DNA of 64,000 bases from Antedon mediterranea (lineage: Eukaryota > Animalia > Echinodermata): assembly GCF_964355755.1 (NCBI RefSeq), contig NC_092674.1, positions 21,142,001 to 21,206,000 on the forward strand, in the 5' to 3' direction. Both the position numbers and the translations under genes were made by a program. The first letter of the stretch is position 1. Each line of letters begins with the position of its first letter. Shown piece by piece: positions 49,998 to 62,236 of the stretch. The notes under the pieces are model-generated. The model did not search any database, was not told the DNA's origin, and saw only the letters and a list, made by a program, of their open reading frames with translations.

Positions 49998-51806
49998 GGT
50001 TCTAGGACACCTACCCCCTAGACAGTTACCCCCCGGATGTTTACCACCCGGACAACTACCCCCTTAGGACAACTACCCCCGGACAACTACCCCCCCGGAC
50101 AACTACCCTCTTAGGACAACTACCCCCTTTATAACAACCCCCCGGACAACTAACCCCCGGACAACCACCCCCTTAGGACAACTACCTCCTTAGGATAACT
50201 ACCTCCCGGGTAACTACCCCCCGGTCAACTACCCCCCGGTCAACTACCCCCCCCCCCCCCCCCAATCCAAAAGTAGACAAATATATATGACCGGTTTCTG
50301 TAAAAATGAAATAATCTGTTTTTTACGGGTGTTTCGAAACTAGAGACCCGAGACCAGAGACCTGACACGAGACCCAATACGAAAAGGGTCTCCCTTTTCG
50401 TATATTAGGGTCTCCCTTTTCGTATAGTGTGGTCTCTCTTTTCGTATAGTGGGGTCTCCCTTTTCTTATAGTGGGTCTCCTTTTTCGTATATTTGGGTCT
50501 CCCATTTTGTATATTTAGGTCTCCCTTTTCGTATATTAGGGTCTCCCTTTTCGTATAGTGGGGTCTCCCTTTTCGTATAGTGGGGTCTCCCTTTTCGTAC
50601 GTGGGTCTCCCTTTTCGTATATTTAGGTCTCCCTTTTCGTATTGGGTCTCTGGTATCTGGTCTCGGGTCTCTAGTTTCGAAACACCCGTTTTTAACCGAT
50701 TATTCTGTTTAACAGCACGCTAGACCCCAGATGTGCTAGATTTAAAGTACCGTATTTATTGAAAAAACGGCCTGGGCTGTTTATTGTTTAGGTGGTTTTT
50801 AGGTGGACATTTATTGGAAGAAAGTTCTTTATTCATTTGGAGGGGGTATAATCTAATGGAAATAGACGCCGATTATTCCATATGATGTTTCATGGGAGTG
50901 ACATGGTCACCGTTTATTTGAGGGGAATTTATTTAAAGATCGCCGTTTATTCGGTGAGTGAACATTGAGGTCAAATATCAAAAGTGATATTATTCTTCAA
51001 GTGTACAAAAATACATATATGACAAATTTTAGACAAAAATTAATTCTTTTAAGACCAGTGGTTATCGAAGCATTGTCCTGACGCAAAAATTATTATTATT
51101 ATTAGCGAACCCAGGCTTTACAGTAAATACAGGGAGTACTATATAATACGTTCGACTATCCTATGATCATGTATGACAATCTTCAGTTTATACCAGGCTA
51201 TATTTATGTTGTATCTTTTACTTTTGTTTACAATAATGAATAGTAATTCGTCAAACGAATTAAAATATAGTTATTAATTCCTATTATACACTGTTGCAGA
51301 GTCAGGTTGTTGAATGGTCTGGGTGGTAGTTGTCCGTCCGGGGGTAGTTGTTCTAAAGGGATAGTTGTCTGGGTGGTAGTTGTCCAGGGGTTAGTTGTCC
51401 TACGGAGGTAATTGTCCTAAAAGATTATTTGCCCTCGGAGTATTGTCCAGGTCCAGGAGGTAGTTGTCCTACGGGGAGTATTGTGTCAGAGGTAGTTGTC
51501 CGCGGGTAATTACCCGGGGGGGGGGGGGAAATTGTCCGGGGGGTAATTGTCCGGGGGGGGGTAATTTCCGGGGGGTAATTGTCCCTAGGGGGTAATTGTC
51601 CGGGGGGTTGTTGTCCAGGGGGTAGTTGTCCTAAGGGGGTTGTTGTCCTAAGGGGGTAGTTGTCCGGGGGGTATTTGTCCGGGGGGAATTTGTCCGGGGG
51701 TAGTTGTCCTAAAGGGGTAGTTGTCCCCGGGTAGTGGTCCAGGTGGTGGTTGTCCGGGGGTAGTTTTCCGGGGGGTAAATGTCCAGGGGGTGAATATCCG
51801 GATACG
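49998..51806. mobile_element. MULE-like foldback element with tandem-repeat TIRs
   Basis: The left arm is made of GGACAACTACCCCC repeats (~50000-50260) and the right arm of the complement (~51320-51800). Perfect 9-bp TSD AAACATTAT (49989-97 and 51807-15). Confidence 0.85.
50327..50687. mobile_element. MULE-like MITE nested in the foldback
   Basis: TIR GGGTGTTTCGAAACTAGAGACCCGAGACCAGA; internal ~23-bp tandem GGGTCTCCCTTTTCGTATA(TTA); 9-bp TSD GTTTTTTAC/GTTTTTAAC with one mismatch. Confidence 0.8.
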
Positions 51807-53045
51807 AAACATTATATCAATAAAAAATGCGGATGTGGGCAAAACTACCTTTGCCGGTTTACTTGCCGGTCTACTTTGGCTGACAACCCGCAGGACCTAA
51901 AATTATTATGAAGTACCATTTGCATTGACATTAACGAAAAGCCTGTTAGTTTGTCTGTTAGCGCATTACGTCAAAACTATTGAACAAATTTTTACTATAG
52001 ATAGAGCTTATTCAATAAGGTTTACGGGGTTGTTTTTCCTCCACATATATCATTACAATTTTTACAGAGGACTAACATTATAATACTGACCTGTATAAGG
52101 TTCAAGCGTGACAAAATAGCTAATAACTACAAAGGTAGCGATTCCAAGAAGTAGGCATGCTGATATCCTAGCCATAATACCATGGAATCACACCTGGAAA
52201 TAAAGTATAATTTATTGATAATTGACAATTGATAATCAGGGTAAAAATGTCTTCTTTCAAATTAATATTTTTAAAAAAAGAATCGAAAATGACCTCTGAT
52301 ACAAAATCTTTTCACACCATATAGACCTTGTCTGGTGAGAATACAGTATTGCTTGCATGTGCAAGGGAACATATCGTACTATCTTTCTAACAATCCTTTC
52401 TTGATCATACAACTGTTAAGTTATCCTCTCAAATTGCACATTTCACTTTTCATAGGCCTACATTTTGCTTTTGAATACACATTTTGTGGAATGACCTTTT
52501 TGCACGTTGTTAAATAGGCGGATCTCTAATTGCTGTAACTAATTATATGCAATTATGATTTCAAACAATTCATGTATTATCAAAAAAGGGCGTAATTTGT
52601 TTTGTGTATTTCTTAAGAGAAGATCTAATACATCGAAAACGAAGTTCTTACTGAAATGTAGGCATATAGATGTAAAAAAAAATGACCCAAAAAATTCGAT
52701 GAAGAAAAAAAAAAAATGGAAAAAGAAAAAAAAAGACGGGAAAAAAAAAGAAAATAAATAAGTAAGAAAAAGCAAAGAAAGAAGAAAGAAAGAATAATTA
52801 CAATTAATCTGCTTTTGTTGTATGTAAGAACCTACTAAACTAACACATTTCGATAGGCGTGAAAATAGTACAAGCAAAGTTTTCACCGTCCCAAATGTTT
52901 ATAGTGTCGATATTTCAAAAAATAATCATATTTATTTTCCTTCCACGACTCAAATGTATTGTGTAATACATTTTTATTTAGACCAATTTGACAAAAAAAA
53001 ACCCTTAATTTTAAATTTGTCGTGAACAATGTACTTTTACTCTAG

Positions 53046-55940
53046 TACAGTAGCTAGATCAACTTTCGTATGCACTTTGAGGTCCAGAGAATTTGACTTC
53101 TGGAAATTGGTTTAGGGTGGTCAAACAATCATTTTTGGCTTGGTTACACATTTTCAAAATGTGGCGAAAGGTCAAAAGGTCAGGGTGAAAGGTCATAAGA
53201 CCAAACACCAATATGTCCTTAAATCTCAACAACCACTGGTCACAGCGAGGTAATTTTGGTCTTAAATTGATCAGAAGGTATACATTTATATTTAGTCTAA
53301 TGGGACATTTTAGTAAAAAATGACCGGAAATGCCATTTCTGACCTTTGACCCACAACCCAGGGCATGTATGTATGTATCTCCGTAACTACTGGTCGTAAA
53401 CACTTGAATTTGATTTTAAATTGTTCGAAATATATATTTTGTTATTTGTTACACATTTTGAAAAATGTTACAAAAAGGTAAAAAGGTCAGGGTCAAGGGT
53501 TATATGAACAAATAAAAAAAGGTACTTGTATCTCGGCAACCACTGGTCGCAGCAAGTCAATGTTGGTCTCAAAATGTTCAGAAGGCATGTGTTTATATTC
53601 CGTCTAATGGGGCATTTTAGTCAAAAATTATTAGAAATGCCATTTCTGACCTTTGACCCACATACCAGGGCATCTTCATATCTCTGTAAGTACTGGTCGT
53701 AGAAACTTAAATTTGGTATCAAATTGTTCGAAATATACATATTTAAATTCATTTTAATAGAAAATGTTGTTAAAAGATGAACATAAATACTATTACTAAT
53801 GTTTCAAACAAAAACATATACATGTACACAACTTATCCTTAGACAGTAATGTTATGCAATAATGATACTTTAAATTGTTTCAATTTCAAGTACTAGTTAT
53901 TGCTGTCACCGAGGACAATTTGATAGAAACGTTAAGCTCAACAGTTCTTTTCAGAATGCTAGAAGTAACTTGCCATATGTATCCGATTAAACGCCCCGGG
54001 CATTTATTGTTCAAAAGGGTTTTTAGGGGGAAAGGAGGCATCTTTATTTGGGGTATAATATGGTAACATGTATAATCAAATAAATACCACCTAGATGTAA
54101 AAAATACAGCACAATTAATATCAAAAAGTGATAAAATTATGTCAAAATGCTTGGTAAATTGTAGATTATCGTAATTAATGAAATGTGTTGACGTGATACA
54201 ATTATTGTGTAAATGCATGTGGCGGGGCGTTTATCCCACATAATTTTCTGTTGGAGGGAATGGTGGCGTTTATTTGAGGGAGGCTTTATTCAAAGCGGGT
54301 GTTTATTCGAATAAATACTCTAATTTTAATAATTATATTTCGTTTCTCAACTGATAAAAGGTACTTTACATGATTCGCTTTCCTCTTTATGCTTTTTAAC
54401 GAAAGGTTTCTGTCTTTTAGAATAAAGTTGATAGATTCATTTAAATGGATCTTCTCCTCTAGGTGCCAGTATAATGATATAAAACAATGACAGATCATTA
54501 TCCTGACACGATTGCACTCATAATGGATCTTCATTCTATCATCTGTTTGTTTGTGACTATAATTTGACAACAATCATTTGCATATTTTTAAATGCCAATA
54601 AATAGTTTTATTACTATTGTAAAATATGTCCAGCTTTCCTGAAAACACCCTTGTGTACTGTAGTACAGTGTTGTAGTATGATTTTATCAAGATAACTTTT
54701 GATGCTTTTATTGTCAATGCATTCAGTACCTAAAACAATTCAAAGTTTCTAGTGGCATTGATAATAAATCTCCAGAAATATATATTGTTTTATTATCTAC
54801 ACTGGGAACAGACGTGTATAAGTATAAGTTTTGTCGGTGACATTCAAAAATATTATGCAACAATGTTACGGAATAATGACAATGAATTGATCTATTATAG
54901 TTGTCTCTGATACCTTTTATTACATGATTGTACTTGCAACAGGATAGAATGAGGTTTAATCCAGTTATTATTCTTATATTAATTTTTTTTTAATATCTTG
55001 GGTGTATTTATTTGATTATACATGTTACCATTATTACACTCAAACAAAATAAACGCCTGAATAAATAAATGCCCGGGGCTTTTCGGGTAACTACGGTAAG
55101 TTACTTCTAGCATTCTTAACTGTTGAGCTCGACGTTTCTATCAAAATGTTTAAACGTTCTCGGGGGTCAACAATACTTTCTAGCATTATTATAAGCAAAA
55201 GTACAATTATTACAAACAGTAAAGGATTTGTTTTAATTCCTATAATAGAATCATTAAGCATCAATTATTGCATAACATTACTATCTAAGGATAAGTTGGG
55301 TAAGACTAAAGAGATATGTTTTTCGTTAAACATTAGTAATTAATAGTATTTCTGATCATCTTTTATACTTTGACTAAAATGTCCCATTAGATTGAATATG
55401 AATGCATGCCTTTTGAACATTTTGGACCTAAAATTGAATTGCTGCGCGCGACGAGTGGTTGCCGAGATACAAGTATCTATTTGTATTTTTTCATATAACC
55501 CTTGTCCCTGACCCTTTGACTTTTTGTAACATTTTAAAAAATGTAAAACAAATAACAAAATGTTTATTTTGAACAATTTAAGACCACATTCAAGTATCTA
55601 CGACCAGTAGTTACGGAGATACATACATGCCCTGGAGTGTGAGTCAAAGGTCAGAAATGGCATTTCCGGTCATTTTTGACTAAAATGTCTCATTAGACTG
55701 GATATAAATGTATACCTTCTGATCAATTTGAGACCAAAATTACCTCGCTGTGACCAATGCTTGTCAAGGTTTAAGGACCTATTGGCGTTTAGTTCTATAA
55801 CCTTTCACTCTGACCTTTTGACCTTTCGCCACATTTTCAAAATGTGTAACCAAGCCAATAATGATTGTTTGACCATCCTTCACCAATTTCTGAAGTCAAT
55901 TCTCTGGACCTCAAAGTGCATACGAAAGTTGATCTAGCTA
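53046..55940. mobile_element. Long-TIR non-autonomous DNA transposon (Academ-like)
   Basis: About 575-bp inverted arms (53051-53625 and 55368-55940) with TAG...CTA termini. Probable 4-bp TSD CTAG (53042-45 and 55941-44). Non-coding interior. The superfamily is inferred from termini only. Confidence 0.65.
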
Positions 55941-58543
55941 CTAGAGTATTTACCATCATAATTATAATTTTTAATGAATAATATGTGTTTTTCTTCTTCT
56001 TCTTCTTCGTATTAGGAGCCAACTTCATATGTGAAGACTCTGCTCCTCCAACTCTGTTTTGCTAGCTCTACTGTATTTGGTTGTGTATTATTGTTCTATT
56101 TAGTTATTCTTTTACAGAGAGAAACTGACTCCCTTATTTATTTATAATTATTATTATTAATTATCATTATTATTATTATTATTTTTTTATTTTTTTTATT
56201 TTTTTTCCCTTACTTCTCCTTTCACTTTTCTTTCTCTCTTTTCTTCCCTTTCCCTTATCTCTTTTTTAAAGTTTTACTTATATAAATATATATACATGTT
56301 AGTATGAATATATATAATTATTTGATCTATCCTATCTATTATATAATTGTATTGTATTCAGACACCTTGTAAAGAGTAAAATAGAGTAAACTGTACCCAA
56401 CATTAAACACTATGGAAGTCTACCGTCCGTGCCAACCGCTATCACTTTCCTGGGCCGCTACCTATAATACATTATTCGATGATAATACCATTTTCTAGAA
56501 TCTTTAGAATTGTATTGAATAGAATTAAGAGAGACGTAACGATAGTGGGCGCGCCAAGTGTTAGCATTTATTACGAATTCCGTCTGAGGCACTGCAGACT
56601 TACCGTTTTTAAGGTTACATAAAGTTTTAAATACCTCAACCGAGGAAATATGAATGTCTAGTATATTGCTAAAATTGTTATTGAAGTCAACATAATTGTT
56701 AATGTAATTTTCAAAATCAGAATCTGCATGACGGGTACATCTGTTCAGTAAGTTAGAAAAATAGTTCAGCCATTTTTAGGTGAAATATTAGCCTCAGTTC
56801 GTTCCACTGTATTCAATTCATTTCATAGTTTCCAGAAAGCCTTTGGATTATTACCTTCCAAATTTTCAAGTCGGTTAAAAATTATTCCTGAAATCGTTTT
56901 TCTTCTTATCAAGAAACTTAAAGTACTGTTTTCTGACTTCACGGTAAGCATGAACCAACTTAACATTATTTACATTATTGAGTATTTGTTCAGCCAACGC
57001 TTTTAATTGTTGTAAACGAGATTTAGATTAGCTATCAAACCATTTTTTGTTGTTTTTCTTAGATTTAGTTTTACATTGCTGATTGGACCCGATTGTAATT
57101 GGTTTTGCGATAGGCCTACCAGCTGATCTACCTACTAAAATGATATTACTATACCAACGTTTAACAAAATTGTCAACGGTCATTGAAGAAGAAATCTCTG
57201 AATTACAAAGTTGATCAAATAACATTTTCGAATTAGAATGGTTGATAGTTTTATTCCATGCAGATGCGGCATTATCGTATCATGCAAACGTATATGGAAG
57301 ATCATTGAGAGGAATGTCATCACCGATTTTTTTTTGCACGTTTTATAATCTCCCAGGAAATCATACAATAAACATAGGAATGTTATCGATAAAATCAGTG
57401 GAGCATAACATATAATCAATTGTGCTTTTAGTACCCTTATGGTTGTTATAAGACGTGTAATTACCCTGCAGATCACAACTTTTTACCGTTCATAATTCTC
57501 ATATCACTATTTCTACATAAGTTTAGCAGTCATTTACCATAGTCGTCAGGTGGTTTCTTATCGTTTTTAATTAATTAATTAAAAAATGTATCATCATCGT
57601 TACCAACAAAGTCAAAGTTATTGCATGTATGGGCGTTTAGATCCCCAGCAATAATACACTACTTTGGTGAATTTAGCTTTGTCTGACTCAATTGGGTCAA
57701 ATATATTTTCCTAGTACGAGCTGTGTAGGTGGAATTTTTGGGGCTAATATAAGTAAAGCATAAATAAATAATTATCACGATCTGTATTGAAAAACTTATG
57801 ACATACTTATGACCAGATGTATTCAGTATATTTGCATTTAATTTCGGATAGTCTTTATAATAATTATCAAGTTTGATACCTATCGATAAACCCCCAAAGG
57901 GATGCGCGGCTCTTGAGGCCATGGGTCTCAGTTTATGAATAAAGGAAAAGCCATGCATATGAATTTTGTATATATATATATACAATTGGTCTCAATTAAA
58001 CAGAAAATATCAATCTTTTAAAACGGTTATAATATCATTAAAATCAAGTTTACATTCATGGGATCTACCGATTCTACAATGAAGCCAGTCAATGTTCCAC
58101 GAACCAATTAAAAAAATGATTTATACGTAAACATAAATAAAAATTCAAACTATCAAAGAAAATAATGTAGTATATCAATAGATATGTAACAGTAAAGGCT
58201 TAGAGTGGAAAATACTTAGCTATAAATACTTATCTACCGTACGCATCTGTTACCATGGGTGCGTTTGCTATTGTAGGTGGGTTTACGTTTAAACATTATG
58301 TCCAAAACAGGTGGAAATGCATTTCGTAATGTCCCAGTATATTTGATAACAATTTAAATTACGTTTAATTCATTCTTTCAAAACGTAATTATATAGTGTG
58401 TTGATGTGTTCGTCGTCTACGCATCCTTTATTTCTCCGCTTACAAAGGAATGCAAAACAAAATCGCTAGCATATTCTTAATTTAGGTCAACATTATTTAC
58501 AAGACATTTTATCGTACATTTACAATGAAGCCTGTAATCTTAC

Positions 58544-58954
58544 ACTAAATGTCGGATTATATTGTCCAGAAACATTTCCTGTTCTGAAATCTTGTAGAAT
58601 TTGTTTACTTAATTGGTGTTGAAATGACAAATTGTAATCACTTTTATTCTTCGCCACTGCTTTGTCATCGAATGCTGATAAGAGTCTTGTTAACGGATTT
58701 CACACGATTATAATTTTTGTATAATTTGACAAAATGTCTTTTTGTTTTGCGGGTGTAAATTGTGACAACTTTGGTACATGTTTCTTCCAGGTAGCACTCA
58801 CATTCATCACGTTTATTTTCAAAACTTCTGTATAGTTCTTATATCCTGAAAGAACCAAAAATAGTTTACACCAACTGTCTGTTCCCGCTTTAGGTGTTTG
58901 ACAATAGACAAGTTTATGCTTTTCATTCACAAGCAAAATTAGAGATGTTTTCAT
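58544..58954 (-). pseudogene. Carbohydrate sulfotransferase pseudogene fragment
   Basis: Very similar to 48825-49193 at the DNA level. An in-frame TGA replaces the Arg of the 3'-PB motif (IV*NPLTRLLSAF). Truncated at both ends. Confidence 0.85.
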
Positions 58955-60884
58955 TGCTGCCAGTTGGCATATATAATAATCATTATATATAATGTACACT
59001 ATTTTAATTAAAATTATGTTTTATTTGTTTAAGGACACTTAAAGACAACAAACACATCAAGTAAATATGAATGTATGTAAAAAATATTTCCAACAAACAA
59101 TTTTTCTGTGCTGATCTAACAATGGCGTTTTACTACCTCCACCGCCGGTTTATTTACCAGTCTCGGTGTCTGTCTGTTTGTCGACACACTACCCATTCTG
59201 TTCTCAATAGTAACTCAATAAAAAGATAAATGGTTTGTAAACGATCTGTTTTTTTTGTACTGCAGCTGCCAGATGTCTTTATTGTTACGGTGCACAATCA
59301 TCGACAAACAGTAAAATAAAATCATAACTATTTTTCTGTGCTGCTCTAACAATGGCGTTTTACTACCTCCACCGGTTTATTTACCAGTCTCGTTGTTGTC
59401 TGTCTGTCGACACACTACCCATTCTGTTGTCAATAGTAACTCAATAAAAAGATAAATGGTTTGTAAGCGATCAGTTTTTTGTACTGCAGCTGCCAGATGT
59501 CTTTAATCATGATAGAATAGGTAATAACCGCGAATGTAGCGAATCCAAAAACTAAGCTTGCTGATATTCTAGCCATGAGACCCGAACCTACCAATTACAT
59601 CTGAAATAAAGAATAATGACCGTAAGACAATTAAGAATTCATAATATAGAAAGATGAGAGCAAAAGACAAACATATATTCTGGGACTATAAATCTAAAAA
59701 GATCTTTATAAATCAATTTAGGGGGAGTGGAATGTCAGGGCTTGTCAACAACAAGCCAAATATCCTAATTAATCAGAACTAAATAAAATAGATGCAAGAT
59801 CTTGGTGTCTAAATAGCCTACATGTTGACACTTCCGTTTTTGCCTTGTATTGAAATAATAGCTCATATCCTACATGTTTTTGTCTATTATTTGGAGTTCT
59901 GTTTAGACCTTTCAAAATTATATAAAATTTGCTTCAATACGAGGCGAAAAGTGTCAACAAGGTCTAGAGTGGTCAGAAGGGATTAATGACGATATCTGGC
60001 TACGTTGATTGCCTCTAACATTCTACTTTTGAGCGCTTCCTTATTTTCGCAAATAATAATTTCACTATTCGCACAAAGCTTAGTGACTGTGTACCTGTAT
60101 TCTAAGCATAGTTCCATATTGTAATGTAATGTTATAGAGTTATAATCTAAGTTCACCAAATTGCCTCAGAAATGTCCAGTGAAGAATTTGATCAGATTTT
60201 GTCATTTATAATCAAACCTCCCTAAAGAAAAGTTTGTCTGACCTTAAGAACACATCGTGAAACCATTGAATATTGAAACATTTTGGGCACATGTTTGATA
60301 CCATTAATAAACACTCCCAAAAGGTACGGTACCTGGATCTACTTACGACCAATAGTTAAGCTCAGAGATATTGTAACGACATATGCTAATGAACAGAAGC
60401 TCAGACATACCTCTCATACACTTCAAGCAGACACCTTACCGACACTTCTTCAGAAGCACAAACAGGAGGTAATCGTTATTTTGTTGTGTTTAGTCGTGTT
60501 CATAACGTCCGGTTTCTGTCTTGAAATGTGCCAAATTCTACTACTTTACGAGTGTAATTTGAGGTATTGAGTTACTTAGGGCTGCTAATTCCACAAGCCT
60601 CAATACAGTCAAAAATCTTTATATTACAACATCGTTTTAGAAACGTGGGTCACATAGAACTTAGAAGACAGAAACAAACAAAAAACAACTTCCGCCTACA
60701 ATGCATGAGAGAAATTATGTTTACATACAATGATATTAATTATTATAATTTAAGCCACCATGATACAGATCTTTTCATCCCTAAGCCAAAAACCGATTTA
60801 AAGTCTGTTTGATTGTGGAGCAATCACATGAATATTTGAATAATACTTGAATAAATAAGTTGATTGAAATTCAGCCTAGCTATA

Positions 60885-61620
60885 ATGTTATTATTATTAT
60901 TATTATTATTATTACATTTATTTACCCAGGGTAGCCCAAACAATTAAAAAAATGGTTTCCATTTGGGCCCTGAATTACGTTATTTGAAGGTAACGTAGCT
61001 CCTCTCATTTTGAACACAGTATGGTCTTAATTGTACTTAATGCATTGTATCATACAAAGTGGATTTTAAAACACTTACAGAAGTCTCGGTTCTCAAGTCA
61101 ATATGCAACTTGTTCCATATATTTGTCCCACTTACACAAAACTCGTGAGGTAACTTTCTTTTTTCGCAAAAGGGACCTTCAACTTCATAACTGTTGACTG
61201 CCTTGTTTCAAGAGTTTGAGGTGCCAGATTGTTGAAACATTTAAAAACGAGTATGGCTTTTTTTTAATATGTGACTCTTTCGGAAAACGGGAGCCAGTTC
61301 AAATTTGAAAACATATCAGATGATGGGAAAATCACACTTTAATATTATTCTAACTGCTCTTTTCATGCACATGTTAAGCAAAGTATTGTGGGATAATATG
61401 TACCAACCTCCCCATACTGTACAGCAGTAGTTCAACGATGGCCTAACTAAACTTATACATAGAGTGTGTTTAGACGTACTGCGTTGGGGACACAGCCCTG
61501 TACTCTGCTTAACATACCCAGTTTAGATGAAAGTGTTTTCCTAACATGTGGCGTCCAACTTAATGTCTCATCAATAATTACCCCTAGGCATTTAAAATTC
61601 GCTTCGTTTCTCTTACAATT
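60885..61620 (-). mobile_element. Decayed L2/CR1-group LINE 3' fragment
   Basis: Minus strand KCLGVIIDETLSWTPHV (C terminus of RT) and an (AAT)n tail at about 60890. Confidence 0.6.
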
Positions 61621-62236
61621 ACAGTTGTATTAGCTTTCTTTTAGCTGTTCTTTATTTGTTTGTTTCCGTGCAAAAATAGAATGTTTGAATTGTATTGGCT
61701 GTAGGCCAAGCATTAACTTATTAGTAGGAGGGTCGTATACAGTGGCGGATCTAGAGGGAGTGCACCCTCAACACGCCCCTATAAATCTGGAGAAGAAAAA
61801 AATTATCCTACTATAAGGAGAAAAAAAAAGCGTAAAAAAGAGTACTTTCACTTTTGATTAAAACAAAACGTTTCAGTGCCGTGCTAATTTAATTTTTATC
61901 AGAGGTCACCTAAGAGTTGCGAAATGAATTTCCTATTTTTTTTTCCCTGAAAAATAAACTTCTCTGGATGTAACATGATATTGATGCGTGTATCATACCC
62001 ATACTAGGGGCACGAACGATTCCTACAAACGACACCGTCAACAACCGCCTGTAGGCCTAGGCCTACCTATTGTTTAGATCGCTGGCAGTCAGCAAGCATA
62101 AATATAAGTATACGTCTAAAATGGAACGCCGTGTTTACCTACAGATCATTATCATAGAGGATATGTAAATAAAAATATAGTACTAACTGTGGTAACTGTG
62201 TACTGTAGTATATATAATAGAAACCGATTTTTTTTC

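Noticed and set aside
52539-52886. Phe-rich and Lys-rich ORFs
   Set aside because: Low-complexity poly-A/T sequence.
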